From positions 1 through 18,943 of the forward strand of contig JAWSUI010000064.1 in assembly GCA_033551855.1 (NCBI GenBank): 18,943 nucleotides of DNA. The letters run 5' to 3'. The DNA is from Deferrisomatales bacterium. GTDB lineage: Bacteria > Desulfobacterota > Deferrisomatia > Deferrisomatales > JACRMM01. A model generated the notes under the pieces. That model was not told the DNA's origin. It saw only the letters and a program-made list of their open reading frames with translations, and did not search any database. The translations under genes and the position numbers were made by a program. Below, piece by piece: positions 1 through 7,781 of this stretch (position 1 is its first letter; every line of letters begins with the position of its first letter).

Positions 1-120
1 CAGCGTAAAAACTTGACTCGTCTTTCAAGATCTTCACCCCCCAAGGACTTCTAGAAAGAGGTTCTGCCGCGACCTGCGTGGGCGGCACCCGCCCCGTCTT
101 TTCTCTTCCCCCCCCTCGAC

Positions 121-160
121 AACCCATCCCCACCCTCGCCCTCCCCTTGAAGGGGAGGGA
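121..160. repeat. REP-like palindromic element (CCCATCCCCACCCTCGCCCTCCCCTTGAAGGGGAGGGA)
   Basis: Perfect 9-bp stem CCCTCCCCT (139-147) / AGGGGAGGG (151-159) with a 3-nt loop, preceded by a pyrimidine-rich CCCATCCCCACCCT tract. It resembles the 'CCCTCCCC..GGGGAGGG' intergenic repeats I recall from GC-rich Proteobacteria and Desulfobacterota. Only one copy is in the window. Confidence 0.5.
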
Positions 161-250
161 AGCCTGGGGCCGCGTGCGCCCGGGAGGTCCCACGCGTGCG
201 CCCGGCCGCCGGGAAGGGAACCGCGGGAGGCGGGAATCTACGCGATCCGG

Positions 251-274
251 AAGAAAACCCGGAAAGAAGCCGGG
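251..274 (-). terminator. Possible intrinsic terminator downstream of the 297..737 ORF
   Basis: Minus strand reads CCCGG-CTTCTTT-CCGGG-TTTTCTT: a 5-bp GC stem followed by a U-rich tail, 22 nt after the stop codon at 297. The stem is short. Confidence 0.35.
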
Positions 275-296
275 CTCTCCTCGATTCTCGCGGCGG

Positions 297-737
297 TCAC
301 GGATCGCCGGGATCCCAGGACTTGCGCCAGAACAGGCAGCGGAACGCTCCCCCGGGCCTCGGAGGGTCTTCGCTGACCCGTATCGCCCACCGTCGGGTTG
401 GGTCGGCCCGCCCGAGCTCCCGAGCCCAGACCCCGGCGAGGAGTCGCATCGGACGGCCCATGGGGGCAGGGGCGACGATCCAGACGGTGACCGCTTCGCC
501 GGTCCTCCGGTAGAGCATCCCCCGAACACCGGAGTAGCCCGCCACCGTGCAGGCGAGGCCCCACAGGATCTCTCCCAGGCCCGTGTCCGGAGCGTGAACC
601 ACGAGCGGGAGCACCCGCACCTCTCCGCCACTCCCCCGGCAGGCGGCGGGAGGGCTCGCGGAGCGGACGCCTCGCCTCACGAGGGCCGAGCGCTGACGGC
701 GCCGGCGGTAGGTCTCGCCTGCGGAGCGTGCTCTCAT
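297..737 (-). CDS. Hypothetical protein, 146 aa (alternative GTG start at 620 or 614)
   Basis: 3' part of ORF 297..2255 that lies outside the UGPase. The C-terminal ~105 aa look globular (LGEILWGLACTVAGYSGVRGMLY...VTVWIVA...WAIRV). A -10-like TATGCT lies 6 nt before the ATG and a terminator-like hairpin follows the stop. No recognisable motif. Confidence 0.4.
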   Translation of the reverse strand: MRARSAGETYRRRRQRSALVRRGVRSASPPAACRGSGGEVRVLPLVVHAPDTGLGEILWGLACTVAGYSGVRGMLYRRTGEAVTVWIVAPAPMGRPMRLLAGVWARELGRADPTRRWAIRVSEDPPRPGGAFRCLFWRKSWDPGDP

Positions 738-743
738 GCGACC

Positions 744-771
744 AGCATACCCCCCAGGGTTCCAAGCACAA
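744..771 (-). promoter_or_regulatory. Putative sigma70 promoter giving a leaderless transcript of the 297..737 ORF
   Basis: TTGTGC (771-766)-N16-TATGCT (749-744)-N6-ATG (737). Confidence 0.35.
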
Positions 772-956
772 GCCAGCGGCGCCCGGTAGGTCCGCGGCTC
801 CTGCCGCCCGGACGGCGGAGCACGGGGGCCTACACTCCCCCGCCGCCCCAAGCCCGTGGTCCTGGGCACCTGGACAGGCTTGACGGGGCCGAGAGCCCGC
901 CGGTAGAAGGAAGGCAACGGCGGGGGGCACGCAGACGAGGGGACGGAGGTTGCCGC

Positions 957-2339
957 GTGGATACAGAGAGCGTGCTGGAGCAGTCGCGTAGGAGGCTCGA
1001 GGGGGACGGCGCACCGCCGAAGGTCTGGAGCGAGTTTGCCCGAATGTACCGAGCCTATCGCCAAGGCGTCACCGGGCAGGTCGTCTGGGGCGAGATCGAG
1101 ACGGTGGGGCCGGAGGAGCTGGTGTCGGCGGAAACCTTCGATTCCCCGGGCTCCAAGGAGAGAGGCGAGGAGCTCTTGGAGGGCCTGGTGTGGGTCGTGC
1201 TCAACGGCGGTTTGGGGACTTCCATGAAGATGGACCGGGCCAAGAGCCTGGTCCCCGTGAAGGGCGAGCTGACCTTCCTGGACCTGATCGCCCGTTATGC
1301 CCTTCGCGTCCGCCGGGGCGGACGCAGGGCGTTTCCCCTGCTCTTCATGAATTCCTACGCCACGGAAGAGGACACCCTGTCCCTGCTGGGGGCCTATCCC
1401 CTGGCGCAGTCGGATGGGACCGGAGCGGCGTTTCCCCTGGGGTTCCTCCAGAATCGCTTCCCCCGGATCCGGGAGGCGGACGGGCTGCCCTTCGGGCAGC
1501 CGGGTGACCGGGAGTCCTGGGCCCCCCCGGGGCACGGGAACCTCTACCTCGCCCTCGAGTCCTCCGGCCTCCTGGACCGGCTTCTCGAGGGCGGCATCCG
1601 GTGGGCCTTCGTTTCCAACGCGGACAACCTCGGGGCGTCGCCCCACCCCGGTATCCTCGCGCACCTGTTCCGAGGCGGTCACGATTTCGCGATCGAGGTC
1701 ACCGAGCGAACCGAGGCGGACGTGAAGGGGGGGGCCCTGGTCAAGAGGGCCGGTCGCCTGGAGCTCCTGGAGCTGGCCCAGGTGCCGGAGGCCCACGCGG
1801 CGGAGTTCCAGGATCCGAGACGTTTCCCCGTCTTCAACACCAACAACGTGTGGGTCAATCTGGAGGCCCTGCGCCGGCTGCTCGGACGAGGTGCCTTGGA
1901 CCTGCCCACGATCGTGAACCGCAAGTCGGTCGCCGGTACGGGAGTGGTCCAGCTCGAGAGCGCGATGGGGGCGGCGGTGGGGTGCTTTCAACGGGCAACG
2001 GGCCTGCTGGTGCCCCGCGACCGCTTCGCACCCGTGAAAACGACGGACGATCTCCTCGTCCGGAGGAGCGATGTGTACCGGGAGGGGCAGAGCGCCCCCC
2101 TGGAGGTGAATCCGGCCCGGGATCCCGCCCTCGGCCCCCCCGTGGTGCGCCTGGACCCGGAGTGCTACGGGTCCGTCGCGGAGTTGGAGGCCCGGGTCCC
2201 GTTCCCTCTGGGGCTGCTGGAAGCGAGGCTCCTCGAGGTCCACGGGGACGTGCACTTCGGAGAAGATGTGAGGGTGTGCGGGGCCGTGACGCTGACCGGC
2301 CCCCTGCGCATCGGCGACGGTGTGGTGCTACGGGGCTGA
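957..2339 (+). CDS. UTP--glucose-1-phosphate uridylyltransferase, eukaryote-type UDPGP family (460 aa)
   Basis: Motifs LNGGLGTSM, KSL, PLLFMNS, WAPPGHG, SNADNLGA, DVKGG, FNTNNVW, QLESAMGAA and RFAPVKTTDDLL, plus a C-terminal beta-helix-like tail. GTG at 957 with GGAGGT at 945-950. The upstream in-frame extension to 78 is low-complexity and rejected. Confidence 0.9.
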   Translation: MDTESVLEQSRRRLEGDGAPPKVWSEFARMYRAYRQGVTGQVVWGEIETVGPEELVSAETFDSPGSKERGEELLEGLVWVVLNGGLGTSMKMDRAKSLVPVKGELTFLDLIARYALRVRRGGRRAFPLLFMNSYATEEDTLSLLGAYPLAQSDGTGAAFPLGFLQNRFPRIREADGLPFGQPGDRESWAPPGHGNLYLALESSGLLDRLLEGGIRWAFVSNADNLGASPHPGILAHLFRGGHDFAIEVTERTEADVKGGALVKRAGRLELLELAQVPEAHAAEFQDPRRFPVFNTNNVWVNLEALRRLLGRGALDLPTIVNRKSVAGTGVVQLESAMGAAVGCFQRATGLLVPRDRFAPVKTTDDLLVRRSDVYREGQSAPLEVNPARDPALGPPVVRLDPECYGSVAELEARVPFPLGLLEARLLEVHGDVHFGEDVRVCGAVTLTGPLRIGDGVVLRG

Positions 2340-4490
2340 GGGGGAGGGCGGCCCCAGGGTCCCCTCGAAGGCGTCCAGCACGATCGGATCGAAGAGGGTC
2401 CCCTGCTGATCCCGCAGGTACCGGAGGGCCTCCGCCGCCGGGATCGCCGGCCGATAGGGGCGATCGGACGTGAGGGATTGGAATACGTCGGCCACGGCGA
2501 GGATCTTGGCGGCGAGGGGAGTCTCTTCACCCCCCTTGCGGAGGTAGCCGGACCCGTCCTCGCGCTCGTGATGGTAGAGGATGGCGTCTCGGTCCACCCC
2601 GGCAACGGGGAGGTTTTCGAGGCACTTCCAACTCAGCAGCGGATGGCGCAGGGTGAGGGCCCGCTCCCGGGGGCTCAGTGCTCTTGGTTCCGAGAGCAGG
2701 TTGGTCCGGTAGCTTACCTTGCCCAGGTCGTGCAGGCGTCCGCTGACCCAGAGGCGCTCGGCGGCGTCGTCCGCAAGGCCGAGGCGGCGGGCGGTGGCCT
2801 GGGCGAGCCGCGCCACCTCTGGAGAGTGCCCGGCCATGCCGGGGATCTGGCTCTCTGCCAGGTCGACGAGGGAGAACAGGCTGTCCCTCAGGAAGCTCTC
2901 CCGCACGCCGTCGAACTTCCGTGCCCCGTCGAGATAGGTGGCGAGGAAGCCGGCCACGGGCGCGAAGTGGTCCAGGTCGACTTGGGTGAAGGGCTCCCCG
3001 TCGGACCGGTTACTGAAGTGGACGACCCCGAGCAGCTCCTCTCCCCGCAACAGGGGGTACGAGAAGAACGAGTCCCCGCGATAGGCGGCCCCCTGGTTCC
3101 GCGGCAACTCGCCGGCATCGGCGCGGGACCGGACCAGTAGCGGCGCGCGGTGCTGGACGACCCAGGCCGAGACCGTGGGGCGGGACAGGGGCACCCGGGT
3201 CGTGCGAACCACGTCCTCCTGTCCGTCGAAACCCACGGCCACCTGGATGACCAGGTCGTCTCCGTCGAGCACCATCACGGAGACCCGGTCCGCCGGCACC
3301 ACGTCGAGGGCCACCCGGGTGAACAGGCGCAACAGGGCCGACGTCCCGAGGGCCGGTTCGCGAAGCAGCTCCGCCCGCCTCCCGTCCAGAATTTCCTGGT
3401 CGCGAGCCTCCGGCGCCGGGGACGGGAGCTGGTAGTAACGTCGGCCGGGAAGCAAGCGGGCGGCTTCCAGACCTTTCCATGCCGCCTCCAGGGCAGTCCC
3501 GGCGGAGTAGGCGTCTTCCGGGTAGGCGATCCCGCAGAGGGTGAGCCGCAGGTCCAGGGGAGAACCCTGGGGGCCCACGGCCAGAACCCCCTCCAGCTGC
3601 TCGAGGGCCCTCTGGGCGACGAGCCCAAGGCTGGTCTTGGGCGTGCGGGGAAGGATGAGGGAGAAGAGGTCGTCGCGATACCGCGCCAGAGTGTCGCTCT
3701 TCCGGCACACGGTCTCCAGGCCCTGGGCGATCTCTCGAAGAATGGCGTCAGCCGCTGCGGGCCCACAGCGGTTCCGAAAGTCCTCCCAGTCTCCCAACTC
3801 GACCATGAGCAGTGCCATGGGTTCCCCGCTCCTGCGGGCCCGATCCACCTCCCGTTCGAGCTGTTGCTGGAGGTACCGTTGGTTGAACACCCCCGTGGCG
3901 TGGTCCAGAAAGGAGACCTCGGGCTGTGCGCCGCCTGCAAAGAGATGCTCGAGCACTGCCTCGAACGCCAGGGTGAAAACCCGGGCCAGGTGGGCCTCCT
4001 CCAGGGCGAAGCCGGGGGGCTGGTCCCTGAGGAACTGGAGCACCCCCTGGATCCGATCTCCGACGTAGATGGGGATCGAGAGCACGCTCGCACATCCGGC
4101 CTCGCGCATCGTTCCCTCGAGCTCCGGGGGGAGCGAGGGGTCTGGGACGAGGAGGAAGGGGCGGGCCCACTGGCGGGCCTCCGCGGGGAGGAAACGATCC
4201 CAGGAGCCGGCGGGCGCGGCCGGCGCTCCGAAGCCGCGGGTTTCGACGGGCCTCAAGGGCTCACGCGGGTCGTCGTGCCAGAGCAGGACGGCGCGGTCAT
4301 AGGGGATCAGCTGCCTTCCCAGATCCAACAACAACCGGAAGGCGGTGGGGAGAGCGTCGATGCTCCGGCCCAGCAGTTGGACCTGGAACAGGACGCTCAT
4401 CTTGTCGGGACAGGACCGGGCCAGGTCGGGGGTGATCTCGGCGGGCACGGTCGGGTAACATGCCGCCGGCAGGGCAACGCTCAGGGCCAT
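2328..4490 (-). CDS. GAF / degenerate GGDEF / GAF / HD-GYP c-di-GMP signalling protein (720 aa)
   Basis: N-terminal GAF (SVLSIPIYVGDRIQGVL). GGDEF-like domain (DHATGVFNQRY...RKSDTLARYRDDLF). Second GAF (SFFSYPLLRGEELLGVV). HD-GYP domain (GHS, LHDLGK, HHEREDGSGYL, ADVFQSLTSDRPYR). Overlaps the UGPase 3' end by 12 bp. Confidence 0.85.
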   Translation of the reverse strand: MALSVALPAACYPTVPAEITPDLARSCPDKMSVLFQVQLLGRSIDALPTAFRLLLDLGRQLIPYDRAVLLWHDDPREPLRPVETRGFGAPAAPAGSWDRFLPAEARQWARPFLLVPDPSLPPELEGTMREAGCASVLSIPIYVGDRIQGVLQFLRDQPPGFALEEAHLARVFTLAFEAVLEHLFAGGAQPEVSFLDHATGVFNQRYLQQQLEREVDRARRSGEPMALLMVELGDWEDFRNRCGPAAADAILREIAQGLETVCRKSDTLARYRDDLFSLILPRTPKTSLGLVAQRALEQLEGVLAVGPQGSPLDLRLTLCGIAYPEDAYSAGTALEAAWKGLEAARLLPGRRYYQLPSPAPEARDQEILDGRRAELLREPALGTSALLRLFTRVALDVVPADRVSVMVLDGDDLVIQVAVGFDGQEDVVRTTRVPLSRPTVSAWVVQHRAPLLVRSRADAGELPRNQGAAYRGDSFFSYPLLRGEELLGVVHFSNRSDGEPFTQVDLDHFAPVAGFLATYLDGARKFDGVRESFLRDSLFSLVDLAESQIPGMAGHSPEVARLAQATARRLGLADDAAERLWVSGRLHDLGKVSYRTNLLSEPRALSPRERALTLRHPLLSWKCLENLPVAGVDRDAILYHHEREDGSGYLRKGGEETPLAAKILAVADVFQSLTSDRPYRPAIPAAEALRYLRDQQGTLFDPIVLDAFEGTLGPPSPSAP

Positions 4491-4525
4491 GGCCGCCTCG
4501 TGAGAAGGGGTACGGGGAGGAAGCT

Positions 4526-4541
4526 AGCAAAGAGCATGCCC
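4526..4541 (-). promoter_or_regulatory. Putative sigma54 (-24/-12) promoter for the HD-GYP gene
   Basis: Minus strand GGGCATG-CTCT-TTGCT compared with the consensus TGGCACG-N4-TTGCW. The GG-N10-GC spacing is exact, and the site lies 35 nt upstream of the ATG at 4490. Confidence 0.6.
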
Positions 4542-4700
4542 CTTGGTTGGGAAGGCGCTTCCGGGACGTACGGCCAGGGAAATCCGCTCTTTCCGGGATT
4601 CACCTCCACTGGGGCCGTGTCGGACGGGGGACGGTGTGGGTATTTGTTTTCCACTTTGGGGCAGGAGGGCGGCGTCTCACGGGAGGAAACCGGGAGCTGG

Positions 4701-4729
4701 TTGACGGAAGATCCCGGCGCGCCTACCAT
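4701..4729 (+). promoter_or_regulatory. Putative sigma70 promoter for phaJ
   Basis: TTGACG (4701-4706)-N17-TACCAT (4724-4729). This implies a 5' UTR of about 120 nt. Confidence 0.6.
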
Positions 4730-4826
4730 CGCTCACACGAACGGACACAGCGCGGGGCCCGAGAGGGGATTCGTGGGAGCGAGCCGGGGCGAGGCGCCGG
4801 AGCGGGGGATCCCGTTCGGCGAGAGA

Positions 4827-4842
4827 GGCTGCGGTGGCAGCC
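4827..4842. promoter_or_regulatory. Possible PhaR-type operator or hairpin just upstream of the phaJ RBS
   Basis: GGCTGC-GGTG-GCAGCC perfect inverted repeat containing CTGC-N4-GCAG. Confidence 0.35.
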
Positions 4843-4858
4843 GGGGAGGGGAGGGACG

Positions 4859-5383
4859 ATGGAGACCGGGAAGACCGTGCAGGAGCTCAACGTGGGGGAC
4901 AGGGCATCCCTGTCCCGGGTGGTGTCCGAGGCGGACCTGGGGCTGTTCGCCGGCGCCACGGGGGATGTGAATCCGATTCACTTCGACGAGCCCTACGCCC
5001 AGTCGACGTTCTTCAAGGGCAGGATCGCCCACGGCATCCTTTCGGCGGGCTTACTTTCCGCCGTGATCGCCAACCGGCTTCCCGGGCTCGGGACGGTGTA
5101 CGTCAGCCAGAACCTCTCGTTTCTGGCCCCTGTCCGCGTGGGCGATACGGTCACCGCTGCAGTGGAGGTGCTCGAGGCGGACCGGGAGCGCAACCGCGTG
5201 CGTCTGCGCACCACGTGCGCGAACCAGGACGGCACCCTCGTCGTGGACGGCGAGGCGGTGGTCATGCCGCCCAAGCGCAAGCCCAGCGCCGACGTCGCGG
5301 AGGGCATCGCCCAGCGGTCCCAGCAGACGGGCGGGCGGCTGGCCGCGGCGACGGCGGCTTTTGCGGAAGCGTTCCAGGGGTAA
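4859..5383 (+). CDS. phaJ: MaoC-family (R)-specific enoyl-CoA hydratase (174 aa)
   Basis: Hydratase motif GDVNPIHFD, then IAHGILS, LPGLGTVYVSQNLSFLAPVRVGDTV. ATG at 4859 after GGAGGG. Adjacent to phaC. Confidence 0.85.
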   Translation: METGKTVQELNVGDRASLSRVVSEADLGLFAGATGDVNPIHFDEPYAQSTFFKGRIAHGILSAGLLSAVIANRLPGLGTVYVSQNLSFLAPVRVGDTVTAAVEVLEADRERNRVRLRTTCANQDGTLVVDGEAVVMPPKRKPSADVAEGIAQRSQQTGGRLAAATAAFAEAFQG

Positions 5384-5406
5384 TACAGTACCGGAGCAGT
5401 AGCCCC

Positions 5407-5451
5407 CGGAACGCAGACGGGGCGCCCCTGGGGCGCCCCGTCTGCGTTCCG
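5407..5451. terminator. Perfect 21-bp inverted repeat between convergent phaJ and phaC (probable bidirectional terminator)
   Basis: CGGAACGCAGACGGGGCGCCC (5407-5427)-CTG-GGGCGCCCCGTCTGCGTTCCG (5431-5451). No strong U-tract. Confidence 0.65.
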
Positions 5452-5529
5452 CTGTTCGTCGGGTCTCGTCGTGTTCTCGCGCGCGCCGAGCGCGGCCGAG
5501 CCGGACGCGGCGATAGATTTCCCGGGACC

Positions 5530-6594
5530 TCAGACCCGTGCCTTCACCCACTGGGCGACCGCCGGGGCGAGCTCCCGCTGGGCCCGGCCGCTCACGTAGA
5601 TCCCGATGTGCCCCCCGGGGAAAGCCAGGGTGGTCACGTCCTTGGAGCCGAGATATTTCTCCAGGGCGAGGGAGGAGGAGGGCGGCACGAGGTGGTCCTC
5701 CTTCGCATAGACGTTGAGCACCGGCATCGACACGTTGCCCAGGTCCACCCGCGAGCCCCCGAGATCCACCTCGCCCTTGATGAGCTTGTTCCCCTGGTAG
5801 AAGTCCTTGAGGAACTGGCGGATCGCCTCGCCCGCCTGGTCGGGGCTGTCGAAGATCCACTTCTCCATGCGCAGGAAGCTTCGCAGGTTCTCCTCGTCGT
5901 CCAGGATGGAGACGAAGCCCAGATACTTCTGGACCATGAGCTGCAGGGGCTTGAGCATCAGGAAGCCCCAGTTCATGAACTCCCCGGGCACGTTGCCGAA
6001 GGCGTCCACCAGGGCGTCCGCATCCAATTGCTGCGCCCACACGTTCAGGAGGCCGTCCCGGACGTGAAAGTCCACGGGGGTGACCATCGTGATCAGGTTC
6101 TTGATCTTCTCCGGGTGCAGGGCCGAGTAACACAGGCTGAAGGTTCCTCCCTGACAGATCCCCAGGAGGTTGATCTTGTCGATGCCGTGGCGTTCGCGAA
6201 TGGTGTCGACGGCCCGGTCGATGTAGCCGTTGATGTAGTCGCCGAGGGTCAGGTACCGCTCGCAGCGGTCCGGGTACCCCCAGTCCACGAGGTAGACGTC
6301 CATCCCCTGGGAGAGCAGGTTCCGGACCATGGACCGGTCCTCCTGGATGTCGACCATGTAGGGGCGGTTGACGAGGGCGTAGATGATCAGCACCGGCACC
6401 TTGCAGGGGCGCTTCCGGAAGGGGAGGTAGTGGTAGACGACCATCTCGTCCTCGCGGTACACCTCCTCTTTCGGGGTGGGCCCCACGTCGATCTCGCGGA
6501 TGTCCACGATGGAGTCCACGCCCCGAAGGACCTTCCGGTTGAACTCCACGAGCTCGTTCATCGCCTGATCGGGTCGAATCTGGACGGGGAACAT
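5530..6594 (-). CDS. phaC: Class III poly(R)-hydroxyalkanoate synthase catalytic subunit (354 aa)
   Basis: PVLIIYALVNRPY, DVYLVDWGYP, lipase-box GICQGG (catalytic Cys), FLRMEKWIFDSPDQAGE, EDHLVP (Asp) and GGHIG (His). The ~350-aa size is typical of class III. Confidence 0.95.
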   Translation of the reverse strand: MFPVQIRPDQAMNELVEFNRKVLRGVDSIVDIREIDVGPTPKEEVYREDEMVVYHYLPFRKRPCKVPVLIIYALVNRPYMVDIQEDRSMVRNLLSQGMDVYLVDWGYPDRCERYLTLGDYINGYIDRAVDTIRERHGIDKINLLGICQGGTFSLCYSALHPEKIKNLITMVTPVDFHVRDGLLNVWAQQLDADALVDAFGNVPGEFMNWGFLMLKPLQLMVQKYLGFVSILDDEENLRSFLRMEKWIFDSPDQAGEAIRQFLKDFYQGNKLIKGEVDLGGSRVDLGNVSMPVLNVYAKEDHLVPPSSSLALEKYLGSKDVTTLAFPGGHIGIYVSGRAQRELAPAVAQWVKARV

Positions 6595-6597
6595 GGG

Positions 6598-7755
6598 CTA
6601 TGCCTCCTTCGTTTCTTTGCGGGCGACGGGCTTCGGAGCAGCTTTCGCCCTCTTGGCCCTCGGCGGTGTGGGGGGGGGCGGGGCAGGGGGTTGGCCTGCG
6701 GAGGCCTTGACGTGGGCGACCTCTGCTCGCAGGCGCCGCACCTCCGTCTTGAGGTCGTGAAGGTGTCGGTACGCGTCGTCGAGCTCCCGGCGGGTCGGCA
6801 GGTGCAGGGCCTTGGCGAAGGAGTCGGCCAGCTCTCGCTCCCGGATGCGATACTGCATCGCAGCATTCACGAGGCGCCCCTGGATCTCCGCGAAGGAGTC
6901 GGTGCTGGCGATCTCGAAATAGGTCTTCTCGGCCGTGGCGACCCACAGATCGAACAGGCCGCGGAAGGTGTCGATCTTCTCTCCCCGCTCGCCCTTCTCG
7001 ACGAGCTCCCGGAGAAGCCCCTCGAGGGCGTGGAACCCCGTGTTCACGAGCTCCGTCCGGAAGTCCACCTCCGCGCGCCGCACCTCGACCCAGGTCTCGA
7101 AGGCGCGGGTGAGCTTCTCCTGGAACTCCCGGGTGTACCCGATGGCCGGTGCCGCGGTGAGCTTGCCCGCCGTGGTCTCGAAGGTATCCATGAAGAGGTT
7201 GTACATGCGCACGACCGCCTGACGGTCGCCGCCCATGGCTTCGCCCACGTGCCCCCGGGCCTCCTGCAGGGAGGAGACCCACGGCATCATCCCCTTCTGG
7301 ATCTGCTGGGCATAGAGCTTCCACAGCTCCGGGATGTCCCGGGCCGCCGCCGCGGCTGCCTCGGGGCCGTACCAGGAGGCAGGGGACCGGGACATCTCCT
7401 CCTTGAGTTGAGCGAACTCCCGACGGAGCAGCTCCGCCCAGTCTCCGCCGGTGTCGATCTTGGGCGCGACGGCACGGAGCATGGAGAGGGAGTGCTCCAC
7501 GAAGCGCAGGAAGACCTCCTCACCGCCGAACATCCGCTCCGCCACTTCCCGGGGCACTCCCCCCGCCGGGGACCCCGAGAGCTTCCCGAGGCTCTGGCGG
7601 ACCATCTCCTGCCACGCCTTGCCCCACTGCCCCCAGGCATTCTCGCCGCCGGAGGAGGCTGCGCTCTGGGAGGCCTCGTTCCACCCCTCCCAGAGCTTCT
7701 TCTGGGTCTCGGCCCAGGACTTCACCATCGCCTGCGTCTGCTCCGTCCAGTTCAT
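6598..7755 (-). CDS. phaE: Class III PHA synthase subunit PhaE (385 aa)
   Basis: ATG at 7755 after GGAGGG. Trp-rich helical N-terminus, PAIGYTREFQE, LFDLWVATAEKTY, GRLVNA, LHLPTRRELD, and a Pro/Lys/Ala-rich tail. Lies 3 nt upstream of phaC. Confidence 0.9.
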   Translation of the reverse strand: MNWTEQTQAMVKSWAETQKKLWEGWNEASQSAASSGGENAWGQWGKAWQEMVRQSLGKLSGSPAGGVPREVAERMFGGEEVFLRFVEHSLSMLRAVAPKIDTGGDWAELLRREFAQLKEEMSRSPASWYGPEAAAAAARDIPELWKLYAQQIQKGMMPWVSSLQEARGHVGEAMGGDRQAVVRMYNLFMDTFETTAGKLTAAPAIGYTREFQEKLTRAFETWVEVRRAEVDFRTELVNTGFHALEGLLRELVEKGERGEKIDTFRGLFDLWVATAEKTYFEIASTDSFAEIQGRLVNAAMQYRIRERELADSFAKALHLPTRRELDDAYRHLHDLKTEVRRLRAEVAHVKASAGQPPAPPPPTPPRAKRAKAAPKPVARKETKEA

Positions 7756-7781
7756 CGCGTTGCCCTCCACTGCGATCGCAT

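Noticed and set aside
78..956. 293-aa N-terminal extension of the UGPase ORF
   Set aside because: Pro/Arg/Gly-rich read-through of GC-rich DNA. A good RBS and GTG lie at 945-959, where the UGPase-like sequence begins.
2328..2339. 12-bp tail-to-tail overlap of the UGPase and HD-GYP genes
   Set aside because: Short convergent overlaps are common in compact GC-rich genomes, and neither protein looks truncated.
4736..4858. Multiple GGA motifs in the phaJ 5' UTR as CsrA/RsmA sites
   Set aside because: The region is very G-rich, so GGA is expected by chance, and no clear hairpin-loop presentation was seen.
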